DNA of 63,952 nt, the filler included, from Squatina squatina (Eukaryota): NCBI GenBank assembly GCA_031763465.1. It is 4 parts of 3 records of this genome, joined end to end, with 100 filler letters (N's around TTAATTAATTAA, not from the genome) between each part and the next. Parts side by side here need not be neighbours in the genome. Positions count along the whole stretch, not along the records: positions 38,669 to 50,863 come from JARFOE010000073.1; 3 more parts are not named here. One strand, 5' to 3'. The notes beneath the pieces were generated by a model. It saw only the letters and a list, made by a program, of their open reading frames with translations. It had not been told where the DNA came from and ran no database searches. A program made the translations under genes and the position numbers. How positions within the stretch are numbered: position 1 is the first letter of the stretch; every line of letters begins with the position of its first letter. This document shows positions 38,669 to 50,963 of this stretch, in pieces.

Positions 38669-39103
38669 CCCACAAGTTCTGGGTTTTCGGAAACCCGGAA
38701 CTTGCAGCCTGTCAGGGTTTGCCCAGCAAATGCCCACGAGCCCCAAGGGCCTGCTTCCGCCGGCGTATGGGTTAATATGAATCTTGCATTAAAAATGTAA
38801 AAAATACAAAATCATGCACAAACATTTAAAATTAGTTCATGTAAAGTTTGGTGTGGATTAAAATGAATTTTGAAAAAAATGAAATGTTCCTTATGTACCC
38901 CATTTAGAACCCCCAGAGGGGCGGGCATCGATCTGCGATATCCCAATTTGCACGACTAGCGGGGAAGTGTATGTCCATAAAATTGACGCTTAGAATTTTA
39001 ACTTGCAATCGGAATTTAAAATTTATCTTCTGTGATTCAGGCTGGAAGGTTTCTCCATGTAGACTGGCTACTCTATGGAATTGTTTTGTTTGATTTCTTT
39101 CAG

Positions 39104-39651
39104 AACCAGAGGAATTAAAATTGGATCCCAGCACCGCACACCCACTTCTGATCATAACCAACAATAGCACCAGGGTAGAATGTGCAACATACCTCAAGCG
39201 CTTGTCATTTGTACAGGACCGATTCGACTACAACACCTGCATCCTCGCCAACAAAGGTTTTTCCTCGGGCAAGCACTACTGGCAAGTGATCGTCAACGAC
39301 AAGATGAATTGGCGCCTTGGTGTCATCAAAGGCACCACTGGCCGCAAAGGGAAGCTGACCAAGACTCCGGAGAATGGAGTCTGGATGATCGGAGTGAAGG
39401 AAGGAAAGATTTATGAGGCATACAAGAATCCCAAAACCCAGCTTTCGCTCTTTGTGAGGCCGCGGAAGATTGGCGTGTTCCTGGATTATGAGGGAGGGCG
39501 ACTCTCATTCTACAATGTGGATAATCCAGATGAGCTGAGTTTGATCTACGCCTTTGATGCAGACTTTCAAGGGAAGATTTATCCTATTTTTGACCTTTGC
39601 TGTGTTGACAGAAACAGTGACTTTGTACCTATCACACTTTGCCGTGTATAA
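39104..39651 (+). CDS. TRIM50: TRIM50 terminal exon, PRY-SPRY (B30.2) domain
   Basis: Acceptor ttctttcAG; PEELKLDPSTAHPLL..RFDYNTCILA..WRLGVIKGT..RKGKL..PENGVWMIGVKEGKIYEA..ADFQGKIYPI, then TAA. These motifs follow TRIM50 closely. Confidence 0.85.
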
Positions 39652-41115
39652 ATGCATCTAGTCACACAGCAAGATGCATCATGCAAAGAAGTGTCACTTT
39701 CTTTATTATGTCATGACAGCTGTTTTTGGTGACATAATTACAGCCTCCTGATTTTGTAACATGAGAGGCAGCATTTCGTTCACGAGATTCTTCTTTTAAA
39801 ATTACTAATAGATCTCCTGGGTAGTCTGAAACACGGCTGTGATGTTTAGTTGTAATATGGATCCCTGTTTAATGGGTTTAGCCCTTTATGGCCACTGATC
39901 TGTGTGGGGAAGTAGTCTTAAATAAGTTGTCTCAATGCAGACAATTTCAGCTGCTCGGAAAGTGCTGAGGTCAAATAGGGGCAATTAACTGCTTGTAAAT
40001 TTCTGGTTCCAGAACCAATCGTGGAAGCTTAGGCTTTCTATCTCTCTTTTCCAAGATTGTTTCCACCTGTAATTGAGTGGTGTCTGATATGTGATGTCTA
40101 TTGGGTGACATCTGGTGTGTGACAGACATGATTTGGATGCAAGATTTTCATTATATATATATATTATATAGAATCTTACAGCACAGAAGGAGGACAATCG
40201 TCCTATTGTGCCTGTGCCGACTCTTTGAATGATCTACCTCGTTAGTCCCACACCCCTGCTCTTTCTCCATAGCTCTTCAAATTTCTCGCTTTCAATTCCC
40301 TTTTGAAAGTTACTATTGAATCTGCTTCCACCACCCTTTCAGTCAGCGCATTCCATATCATAATAACTCACTACGTAAAACAATTTTGCCTCATATCACC
40401 TCTGGCTTGTTTNNNNNNNNNNNNNNNNNNNNNNNNNNNNNNNNNNNNNNNNNNNNNNNNNNNNNNNNNNNNNNNNNNNNNNNNNNNNNNNNNNNNNNNN
40501 NNNNNNNNNNNNAAACCTCTGTAAGCATTGGTCTCTTGATGCTAAGCCAGATTTCTTTTTCTATTTAGTCCAGGATAATGTTGCATGGCTTATTTTTCTT
40601 CTTCACAAGAAGAGGAATGAAGAAGTGAAATGGTTATAACTGTTGCCCTGTAGGTTCACGTGTCTGTAAAATAAAGCAACTTCTGGCATTATCTTACTGA
40701 AGTGTTAGTAGCCTGCCCATTGAAAGATCAGAACGCACATGAGGGCACGTGCAAAAGACATGATATCCAGTTCAGTGGGTACTAATGTTACGTTCTATTC
40801 CATAATACCGGATTGGCTATTAGTAACACTGACTGACTGTAATTCCAGCAATTTTGCTTGTGTGAAATATGTTAACTTGTCACATCATTAAGTGGCAGGT
40901 ACAGGTTTCTGGTTGTGAGCAACATCGTGGGAGATTGAGACTATTTGATGAATTGTGCATAATTGGTGTAATGATCTTGTTATAAATCAGCCTATCTTCT
41001 GTCTAACCTGTGAGTAATGCCACAGATCACTGTTTAGCTGTTTTCTTCTCTTAGTTACAGGTTTTTTTAATCCCTTGTCTTGCAGATAAGTAGCAAACTG
41101 ATGTGAGACCTCTCC

Positions 41116-41583
41116 ATGTGCAGCCTGCTTTCCAACTTTGCAAAACGTTTGCTAAGACTAGAGGGGATTTGTCCAGTACGGAGTCAACTAGATAATTCTG
41201 TGTTTGAAAGCCAAAGCAGCTGCACTTTGCTCCTTGAACTCCCCGTTCCATATTCTCGCCAAGCCCGGCTTGTTCATCCCTTCTCGGTACGTTTGGCTGT
41301 GAACGGGAACTGGTCGTCAGTGGAGCGAGGCCTGAGACGGCGCGTTTTCAACCCAGTTTTCGTGACTTTCTGTTGGGTCTCTAGCTGCCCATTTTGCACA
41401 TCAAAAGCAGGGATGCCCGTGCAGCGATACTGCGTGGACTATGCCAAGCGTGGCACAGCTGGCTGCAAGAAATGCAGGGAGAAACTCCCAAAGGGACTGG
41501 TGCGGATTGGGAGGATCATGCCGAATCCTTTCTCCGAGGCGGCCGAGATGAAGGAATGGTACCACATCAAATGTATGTTTGAA
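41116..41583 (+). CDS. LIG3: DNA ligase III first coding exon: putative mitochondrial presequence plus PARP-type zinc finger; homology stops abruptly at 41583
   Basis: In-frame ATGs at 41116 and 41413; MPVQRYCVDYAKRGTAGCKKCREK..PNPFSE..MKEWYHIKCMFE. Confidence 0.85.
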
Positions 41584-42876
41584 CTTTTTCAGTTACCGTA
41601 TCAGCCACCCTCTATATCGCCAATTTTAACTCTGCCGGCGCGGCAGGAGCGAGGTGGGAGGGTGATTAGAATGGTGGTCAGGCACTTCCTGCTGCGTTCC
41701 CGCCTTCCTCCATTTTAATCATGCTAGTTTCAGTCTCGAAAATGATGTCCGTGACAGGCAGGCAAATGCCTCATTAATAATTAAAGTTCCAGAAAACAAT
41801 TAAGACCCTGACGCAATTTAATTTTCCGATTGTGGATGTCCACACAGTGTCAGACCTACCAGTGAAACCTGGTGGCAAGCAAGAGCGGGGCCAGAAGAGG
41901 CCCAGGAAAGTCTTTCAGGAGTGATCCTCCAAACCCCACAAGAAAACATTGGGCTCCCCTGATTAGCTTCCCTCCCCCTCTACCAACATGATTCCTTCCA
42001 AACTGCCTCCCTGACCACTTACTTTAGTGTTGGTACCACTTCATCAGGCCCCTCCTGCCACCTGTAATCCCCTTCCTGCCCACTGGCCAGGTAGTGTTTC
42101 TTGCTGGGTTTAGTTTGGAGTCCGATATCAAAACAGAGGTCAGATTCCAGTCCATGATAAATTTACACACACATACATATATATATGTGCAGGCAGAGAG
42201 GGAATGGGTGACCGCCAGTCAGTCTAAAAGGATCAGGCAGGTAGTACAGGAGTTCCGAGTCCATCTCGCTCTCTAACCGGTTTTCCGAGTTGGATACGGG
42301 TGAGGGCAATGGTTCCTCAGGGGAGTGCAACCAGAGCCTAGTCCATAGCTCCATGGGTGGCTCAGCTGCACAGGAGGGGNNNNNNNNNNNNNNNNNNNNN
42401 NNNNNNNNNNNNNNNNNNNNNNNNNNNNNNNNNNNNNNNNNNNNNNNNNNNNNNNNNNNNNNNNNNNNNNNNNNNNNNNATAGAGGATCAGCCATGATCG
42501 CATTCAATGGCGGAGCAGGCTCGAAGGGCCGAATGGCCTACTCCTGCTCCTATTTTCTATGTTTCTACGTTTCTATGTAAAGCACTTTGGGACATCAAGT
42601 AGTCATGAAAGGTGCTATGTAAATGCAAGACTTTTTAAAAGTTGTGTGTCCGGAAACCCCAAGTGTGAATGGAGTGAGGACTCTGCTGACCCAGTTGAGC
42701 AGCCATTTGCTGCAGCGTTGTAGTTACAGTGCCTTTAGCATGCAGATATATTTTCATATTCGAGAGGTTTTGACCTAAGTTAATGTAACAAAGTTAGTGT
42801 TAAAAATGTTTTTGCTTTATTGCAACTATCCTACATAAATGTTCTAACAGTTACTGAACTTGTTTTCTGTCTGTAG

Positions 42877-43000
42877 AGTCTGTATGAACCAGGCAAACGT
42901 CATTGGCTGAAAGTAAAGAAGGACTATCTCAATGAAGGTGCGATGGCTGATACTGCAGACCTTGTTGTGCTGGGAGCGTTCTACGGGCAAGGGAATAAAG
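42877..43000 (+). CDS. LIG3: LIG3 exon (124 nt; ligase motif V)
   Basis: AG/GT; SLYEPGKRHWLKVKKDYLNEGAMADTADLVVLGAFYGQGNK. Confidence 0.93.
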
Positions 43001-43227
43001 GTAACAGTGGCACTTGCTTGAAATCAGCTATTAACACTGACATGCTGCTTTACAAGCTTCTGCTCTGTATCTGCAATCTGTATGGTAATTAGTATATTTT
43101 ATGCTACTGTCAGACGCTTCATTAATGTTGGAAACACCATAAATATGATGTAAAAAGAAGAATGCCTCAATTTAACACTCCCAGACACCAGCTCAAGGTC
43201 AACCAGCAAGATCGTTTGCAGTGTCCC

Positions 43228-43491
43228 CCACTGAAAGTCAGCAGCCTTCCACCAGCCATGCTGCAGCCACTGGGTGACATCAATAGGCTAGACAAAGGCA
43301 CACTCAAGACATTCAATAAGGGAATGCATAAGGGTGATGAGTTGATTTCTAGATGTCATATTGGATGGGAAAAGGTAGAAAGTTGGATTGGAAAGTTTGC
43401 TTTGTGGTGGCTTTTATTTCAGTATTGTGGCCAAGAGGACACTGTGATGGTCGGTAACAGAGGAAAGATAAGGTGTGGGACAAATGTTAGG
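43228..43491. mobile_element. second copy of the Harbinger-associated repeat seen at 1-260
   Basis: Shared GTCAGCAGCCTTC..AGCCATGC, AAGGGAATGCA and TTGTGGCCAAGA..GTAACAGAGG. Confidence 0.6.
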
Positions 43492-43969
43492 NNNNNNNCC
43501 GCACAGGCTCTATAGTAAGGAAGTGGAGTGTTGGTATGTAATAAAAGATCTTTACGAGCAACGAGTACAAAGTCTTCTATATGAAGTTGTGTATCCGCGG
43601 ATACTGTGGTGAGGAGCTTAGTGTGTAGTCTTTTGGAACCCAGAGTAGATGTAAAAATATAATTAAAATTAATAGTTGTCACATTTTCCATAGGATAAAT
43701 GCCGGACACTTGTTTTGTGCCAGATTTGCAGCTTTTCACTTATTGCACATGTTATTTTGTAACCCAGTAAGTTTGATGTCTCCCTCGTGCTGGGCCCCCA
43801 CCAAAATAGCTACTTTCCTTCCAGCTGTCCTGATTTACTTTTTTTTTCTTGTATTTTCTCCTTTCTCTTTCCCTCCTTAAATCTGCCTAGGCCCATACAA
43901 GTTCTCTGCTTGGATTATATGGGTAACTGTAGGTTTGTGGAGTTGATGGGTTCCTTGGTCTGGTTTCAG

Positions 43970-44112
43970 GTGGGATGATGTCCATTTTCTTGATGGGCTG
44001 CTATGATCCTGATTCTTCGCAATGGTGCACAGTGACCAAGTGCGGAGGTGGCCATGATGATGCAACATTGGCACGATTACAGAATGAACTGGATATGGTG
44101 AAAATAAGCAAG
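43970..44112 (+). CDS. LIG3: LIG3 exon (143 nt; OB fold)
   Basis: AG/GT; GMMSIFLMGCYDPDSSQWCTVTKCGGGHDDATLARLQNELDMVKISK. Confidence 0.93.
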
Positions 44113-44240
44113 GTAATGCGACATTTCCAATTGCTCACTCTCTTCACCGTGTTTTTAAGAATTATTTAAGCTTTTATAAAATCGGAAAACTAAATTGGTT
44201 CTTGGTTCCTGTTTAAATAAATGTTTTTTTTTTGGTGCAG

Positions 44241-44315
44241 GATCCAAGCAAGGTGCCAGGTTGGCTAAACGTCAGTAAGAACNNNNNNNNNNNNNNNNNN
44301 NNNCGAGATCCAAAG
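44241..44315 (+). CDS. LIG3: LIG3 exon (75 nt, with a 21-N internal gap)
   Basis: AG/GT; DPSKVPGWLNVSKN-(7 unknown codons)-RDPK. Confidence 0.88.
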
Positions 44316-44649
44316 GTAGGTTTGCAAACTGTTTCTACAGTGTGTATTGCCATAGAGTTCCCTGACATGAATCCGGTCCTTCAATGTTGGATGAGACATC
44401 CCTGTGTCTTGGCACATCCAAGTGGCAGCCATGTTTTTTTGATTTGATGTATTCCTGCATGAAGAAGTTCCTTGTCCTCCAGCCCTGATTCAGGAGAATT
44501 TTGTCTGGCAGTTTAGTTAAAGTCTCTTGTGTTACTTGCCAAAGTTCCCCTCTCCTGTGTGCACACTCTCAGAAGACGTACATTTATTTTCTAATTCTAA
44601 TGTTTTAATGCACACAGCAGTCACTGCTTTCTCTTTCTCTCTTTTTCAG

Positions 44650-44796
44650 AAAGCACCAGTGTGGGAAATCACTGGAGCGGAATTCTCTAAATCGGAGGCC
44701 CACTCTGCTGATGGCATCTCAATCCGGTTCCCGCGGTGCACACGTATCCGTGACGACAAAGACTGGCAAACTGCAACCAATCTTCCTCAGCTCAAG
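44650..44796 (+). CDS. LIG3: LIG3 exon (147 nt; motif VI)
   Basis: AG/GT; KAPVWEITGAEFSKSEAHSADGISIRFPRCTRIRDDKDWQTATNLPQLK. Confidence 0.93.
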
Positions 44797-45826
44797 GTAA
44801 ATGGCATTGCAGATTGTGTGGCATGGTGCTAGTGTGATTTAGAAAGGAGCTAGAGGGTTGATGTGTATATCGATCAACTAGTAGAACTTTCTAGGACATT
44901 ACAGGGTGCCAGATCATTAAAAGAAAATCTAACTGGATCCAAGGAATGAAATATGCCATATTCAGTCTACTCCTCTGCATCCATTCTCGCAGAGGCTGTG
45001 GTCGGAGAGGGGACCTGCTGNNNNNNNNNNNNNNNNNNNNNNNNNNNNNNNNNNNNNNNNNNNNNNNNNNNNNNNNNNNNNNNNNNNNNNNNNNNNNNNN
45101 NNNNNNNNNNNNNNNNNNNNAAACCCCCGACTGCGGGTCCCCGGCAGTCAAATTCGGTCTCACTTGTGATGCGGCTTCTTACTATCCTATTTTTGAATTT
45201 TATGGGCCCGGAGAATTGGAAAGGGCTCTGCTTGCGGAATTGTAAAATGCAGGAGCCCGCCGTGCCTGCACCGGCGCCGCCAGAGCGGTTTGCAACATTT
45301 GTGCAGCACCTTAAACGCTGTGAAGTATCTCGTGGTGCCTCGAGTGAGCGTAATCAGGCAAAAAAAAATTGACGTGGAGCCACACGAGGGGCTGGACTGG
45401 AAGCTTGGTCAAAGAGGCAGGTTTTAAGGCAGAGAGGTATCCGGAGAGAAGTCCAGAGCCTGCGACCCAGGCGGTTGAAGGCACGGCTGCCAGTGGCACG
45501 GTGAAAGGGGTGGGCTATGCTCAGGAGAGAAGAGGTGGAAGAATGCAGAGTAATCCCATTTCTACGCTCTTACATTCTTTCTTTTCAAGTGCGTTCTCTA
45601 TTAAATGATGCTCCCGTCCCTGCCTCGGTCGCCCACTGTGGTAGAGCATTCCGTGCTCTCATTAACCCTGTCTGTGGAAACAATTCTCCCCGCTTTATTC
45701 CAGCGCTAAACCTCAGTCCGACACGCTTTGTTACAGACCTGCCAGCCAGGGGCACAATCTCTCATTACTTACCCCCTTTTTAAAAAAAAACCTTATCAAG
45801 CCATTAACCACAACTTGTTATCGCAG

Positions 45827-46004
45827 AAGCTGTATAGAGTTTCTAAGGAGAAGACCGATATAGATCTTGTGGCTGCTTCTGGGAAAGATGATGATGAATG
45901 GCCCTCTGGTGGTTCTGGGAACACTGAAGTGGCAACAAAACTGACACCACGTGGTTCAAAAGCCCCTTCAAAATCACCTGGGAAGAAAAGTAAGAGCCAA
46001 GAAG
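45827..46004 (+). CDS. LIG3: LIG3 exon (178 nt; linker before BRCT)
   Basis: CAG/GTGAG; KLYRVSKEKTDIDLV...KAPSKSPGKKSKSQE, similar to the ELYQLSKEK exon of LIG3. Confidence 0.8.
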
Positions 46005-46042
46005 GTGAGAAAATGTCGTCTTGTTCAGCAATTTAAGTTTCT

Positions 46043-46240
46043 GGGAATTTATGATTTAGTGGGTTGGGATTCCGTCAGCTCTGGGACAGGAGTTTGGATC
46101 CAGTTTAGACTGACGTTATTTTCTTGCCTTTTGTGAAATAGGCCGAGTTATCTCAGTCCACTTCCTGTTGGGTTGGGGCCTACAACACAAAATGGCCTAG
46201 TGCAGCACTGGTTTGTCACCTCACTGAGAACCCCCAGGGA
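46043..46240 (+). mobile_element. degraded tRNA-derived SINE resembling LF-SINE
   Basis: Degenerate A/B boxes followed by TGTGAAATAGG..TCTCAGTCCACTTCCTG..ACAACACAAAA, resembling my recollection of the LF-SINE core. Confidence 0.4.
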
Positions 46241-46698
46241 TAGGCAACAGTACATTGGGAGGGGTGGTGGGGGTGGGATGAACTCTGATTTTGAGTGGAG
46301 GCACCTTTTTGGGGCAGAGTGAGGGATTTATCCTGCATCAGACCCAACCTATGGCAAAGCAATGGGAACTCGAATCAAGTTTTGTGTGTGCAAAAAGTTT
46401 GAGATTTTGGATTTCAGTATTCATAAAATACAAAGATGCAAAATAGAATATTGATACATTCCCTGGTGTTTGTGCATCTGCAAAGTGGAGCTGGATTATG
46501 TGTAGTTGTTCAGATATCAGTGGACAAGATAAGCAATCGAGTGCCAGCTTGATGTTTTGTTGCTGAAAATGAGGCTGTCATCATGTGACTACCTAGGCNN
46601 NNNNNNNNNNNNNNNNNNNNNNNNNNNNNNNNNNNNNNNNNNNNNNNNNNNNNNNNNNNNNNNNNNNNNNNNNNNNNNNNNNNNNNNNNNNNNNNNNN

Positions 46699-47678
46699 TG
46701 TGCATCACTCGGACTCATGCTGCTGTTGGCAGCCACAGGTTTCTTGCAACAGTTCCAGTTTTTGCTGGCTTTCATTAGCTTTGATCTGAACTTGGTGCTA
46801 GCATAATAATACACAACTGGATCCAGTACACTATTGAGGTAAAGGCAGAGAAGGCTTGAATAGAAAGCTACGCCAAGTTTTTGGAAATGTGGACAGTTCT
46901 TTCGCTCGGCAGTAGCGATCCAAAAATGTGCCACAACTGAAGGAAGAAAGCAGATAATGAAGATGAATAATACAACTACCAGCATTGTGCTAGCATGTTG
47001 GTGCCTTTGTTGAGATTGAGATGTTAATTTAGGTTTGGCTAATTCCCTTCGGATAAATATAGTGGACACCAGCAGGGCCCCAAATGGAATTGTAAAGCCA
47101 AAAACAAATAGTTCAATAGTTGACGGCAGCAAGATATCACTTATATTTGCTTCATTAAAGCTCATACAATGCAGTTTTCCGTTCATTTCAAAAATGTTGA
47201 CCCTGAGAAAGGCTGTACTCATGAGCCCACCAGCCAACAACCAGATTATTACACTAAGGACGATGGTACACTTCTTTGTAATTCTGATTTGGGACTGGAT
47301 GGGTTTGACAACCATACAACACCGGTAGCTGCTGATGCACGTCAGGAAGAAGAGACTTGCCAACAAACTGGCAAAGGTACTGAATGCTTGGAGTTTGCAC
47401 ATAAAGTTTCCAAATATCCAGTGATTGTTACTGTAGTAAATGATTGCGAGGGGGTAGGTGAGTGAGAAAACCAGGTCACCCACACCCAGATTGATCATCA
47501 AAATATCAATTGGAGTCTTTTTCTTTATATGGAAGCAGAATATCCAGAGGGCAAGACTGTTGAAGCTTGCAGCTAAAATGAAGAAGATTGTAAGTGCTGG
47601 AGGCATTATTATTGTGAGGAACTCTTCATCCAACACACATGTTATATTAGTTGCAGTTGTAGTAGATGAATTGTTCAT
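46699..47678 (-). CDS. class A GPCR, HCAR/OXER1/GPR31- or P2Y-like, single coding exon, C-terminus lost in gap
   Basis: Seven hydrophobic segments; N-glycosylation sites NNS and NIT; NSLALWIFCFH, NLGVGDL, WIFGNFMCK, ICFLPSVV, YLNSVLDPVVYY. Acceptor AG at 47699-47698 and ATG at 47678. Confidence 0.85.
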
Positions 47679-48315
47679 TTCTTCAGTTAGGAGCAACCTA
47701 TAAATGCAAGAATGAGAATCATTTACTGGATCAGAATAATTGTTTCTAAATTGATTAACCCAACAATAACGTTGTGACAGGTTGTACGCTATTTTTGGGA
47801 GCTAAGCAAATATAGAGTTGTAAAAGAGTCCATAATATCAGGAGACCTGCTTTACAGTAATGCTGTGCATTTAACAATTCTAAGTAGTTATCGGATCTAT
47901 TTCACATTCAACACACTTGGCTTTACTGGATGCTGAACTTTATTGGTTAATAATATGTGCCCCACCAGCCCTTCTAATGTATTGAGTTTCTGAATTCAGG
48001 TTATTTATATGAAATCAAAATAGTAATGGTCCCAGTGCTGAGCCTTGGGGTACCCCACTCAGACCTTCTCCCCCCGCCACCCAACTCTGACGTCACTCCT
48101 TTAACATGTACTGTTCAACCAGGTTCTTATCAATTCCCAGGGTTTACCCTGAATCACCACTCCTTTGAGTTTAATTTTGTGTGGAACTTTGCCAGATGCC
48201 TTTTGGAAGTTTATGNNNNNNNNNNNNNNNNNNNNNNNNNNNNNNNNNNNNNNNNNNNNNNNNNNNNNNNNNNNNNNNNNNNNNNNNNNNNNNNNNNNNN
48301 NNNNNNNNNNNNNNN

Positions 48316-48567
48316 GGAAAAACTTTTTCACCCAGAGAGTGGTGAACCTGTGGAATTCTCTACCACAGGAAGCTGTTGAGGCCAGTTCATTGACTACATT
48401 CAAAAGGGAGTTAGATGTGGCCCTTATGACTAAAGGGATCAGGGGGTATGGAGAGAAAGCAGGTATGGGGTACTGATCAGCCATGATAGTGTTGAATGGC
48501 GGTGCAGGCTCGAAGGGCCGAATGGCCTATTCCTGCACCTATTTTCTATGTTTCTATGTTTCTACGT
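48316..48567 (+). mobile_element. CR1 LINE 3' end
   Basis: KNFFTQRVVNLWNSLPQEAVEA plus (TTCTATGT)n tail. Confidence 0.85.
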
Positions 48568-49429
48568 AGGCCTGCGTAGAGGCCCACATATCCCAGGAGC
48601 GCAGGCCCCCGGGATCATGTGGGTGGGCCCAACCAATGAAAGTAGGGGGATTCCCATACATACATATGGTGAGTTCTGTTTCTACAGAACTGCCATAAGC
48701 ATGAATGGGAATTTATCCCAAAACAAACAAATTAAATTTTAAAAAAAAGTTTTTATACAAACATATTTATTTTTTGATATTTTTTAATGTTTTAACAGGG
48801 CTAAAAATAAACTGACCTTAATGGACACGGTTTTTAATATTTAAATGAGGGATAAAATTTTACTTTTCTATATTTAAAAAAAACTCTTAGGCTGGTAAAA
48901 GCAGTTCTTACGCCTGCTTTTACCAGCGTAAGAATTTCAAGGGCATTCGATGGGCAAATAGCCCAACTCTCCGTCCGCGGAGGCCCTTTTACTTTCGGAT
49001 GCGTAGAATCTCGCAAGTTCCGGGTTTAGGGGCATGCACAGTGCATAGCTAAGCCCAGAACTTGCGGGGGCTCATACGCACCCATAGGTGCCATGAATTC
49101 AGCCCCATTGCTTTTAGAGATCCCTTAGAAAGTCACAGACCAATTCTGCCAGACATGGGCTTCCTCCTCACCCAGTGCCATCTCAACCCTGTGCCCCGCC
49201 CCCTTCTCTCGCTGCCAACTCTCCATAGCAATCCACTTGTAAGCCAAACTTCACATTCCACCCACAGTGATGCCAGAAAAGAGAACCCTCACATACTGCA
49301 TGTCTGCAGTGCCCTCGGCCTAGTTCTGCCAAACACCAGAGGCTCCAATTGGACAGCGCTGAAAACGGCTGCTGCATTGGTCTGGGGCTAGGTGATTTTT
49401 TTGCTGGCCCTGGAGCAATGTCTTTTGCT

Positions 49430-50070
49430 GTGGAATTGGGGTCTTTCTTTCTTTTCCAGGTCAGCGCAACGTATCAGCACAAATGAAGCGCTGACCATGA
49501 ATTCCTGGGGATGCAGGCTAGTGTCGGCAACGTGGCCGAGGCCAGCAAAGATGGCCGCCGCAGCCGCAGCCCCACCCCCTGCCTTAACGGGGAGGGCGGT
49601 CGGCTGAAGCAGCACAGCCTCTCGGCCCGCCACTGGGCCACCAGGGAGCCGGGTTGGGGGCAGCAAAATGTGCAGAGAGGCGCTGGTGACCAATCGGCTG
49701 CCAAATCTCGGCCGACGCGGAAGTCGGCTGATGTGGGGGGAAAATGGCAGCTGCTGGCGTAGACACCTCCCCACAGGTTAAACCTGTTGTTGCCATTGAC
49801 GTGGACCTCGCCGGCGTGCCACAGACCAATTCCGGCCGCGGCTCGCTGGCAACGCCAAAGGGGGTCATGGGGCGGCGCCATGGGATCGGCGTGCGACTTG
49901 ATGACATTGCACGTCGACTCGTGACGCTAATGGCGCCCCTGACGAAGAGGCCTTTGCACAGCTGGGGCGTCACGCCTAGTACCTCAAAGCAAAAAAAATT
50001 GACCCTTACCCTGCTTTAGTGCCTGGGTAGTGCCACTTTTCGGCGCTACCGTGGCGCTAAAACAGACCAA
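49430..50070. mobile_element. GC/CpG-rich non-autonomous repeat, same family as 17126, 26199-26562 and 27659-27960
   Basis: Shared CCTTAA(A/C)GGGGAGGGC and CCACTGG(A/G)CCACCAGGG motifs. Confidence 0.45.
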
Positions 50071-50863
50071 TTGGGCACCCCGGGGAGTATTCCTCAGTGC
50101 TACCAAAGCCCTGGACTGTGCCCAAGTGTAGCTAAATAACATTCCCTCTCCCCAGTGCTGCTAAGTACCAGATATCTAACTCCAGTTGATGCATCTTGGA
50201 TGATTCTCAACTTGGAAAAATGTTAAGAGATAACAAAATAAATACACAGGTAAGAGAATAAATTATATTTGCCACTTATTTGCAGTTTCACAAAATAATG
50301 GACAGAGCTGTGAAATTCAATCCTCAAAAATCACAGAATAGCATTTAATAACTTCAGTGGCCTTGATGTTAGGCTTTGCTTATCATAAACACCCCTATTG
50401 TTACGAAATAACAAAACCTCTGACTCACCATGAGTAACACCATGGGAAATTTGCTAGTTATGATAAAAGATTTAGAAGAAGTAGCAAGATATAAAGAGGT
50501 TTACTTTCACAGCGAGGCTCCACTCCAGACCACTTGCCAGATTCCAAACAGGTGCGTACCGATGAACCCCGTAAAATGTGATTTCCACAGTGGTATTGGA
50601 CAGTGAAAAAGAGTTGATAATTGTTCCCTGTTTTTCTCGCACCAAAGGGGATTCCGGGGTTGGGGCAGAATGAGTCTAAATAGAGAAAATAAAATCACAT
50701 TGAATATAAATGCCTTCTAATGAAAATAGGGCATGGACCCAGATTCTGATTTTAATCTCAAACTGGTTCTAGACTGTCAAACTGCCCTTTAAAACATCAC
50801 AGTTAAGACACAGAATGAGGGCGCGTGTTGAGGGTGTCCACATGAGCACTAGAATACATTCCC

Positions 50864-50963
50864 NNNNNNNNNNNNNNNNNNNNNNNNNNNNNNNNNNNNN
50901 NNNNNNNTTAATTAATTAANNNNNNNNNNNNNNNNNNNNNNNNNNNNNNNNNNNNNNNNNNNN
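50864..50963. other. artificial scaffold linker N44-TTAATTAATTAA-N44
   Basis: 12-mer at 50908-50919. Confidence 0.95.

Noticed and set aside
49388-50019. Cluster of overlapping GC-rich ORFs and an apparent CpG island (also 26078-26756, 27607-28170, 17292-17619)
   Set aside because: They share motifs with each other as a dispersed repeat family; no recognisable protein or splice structure.
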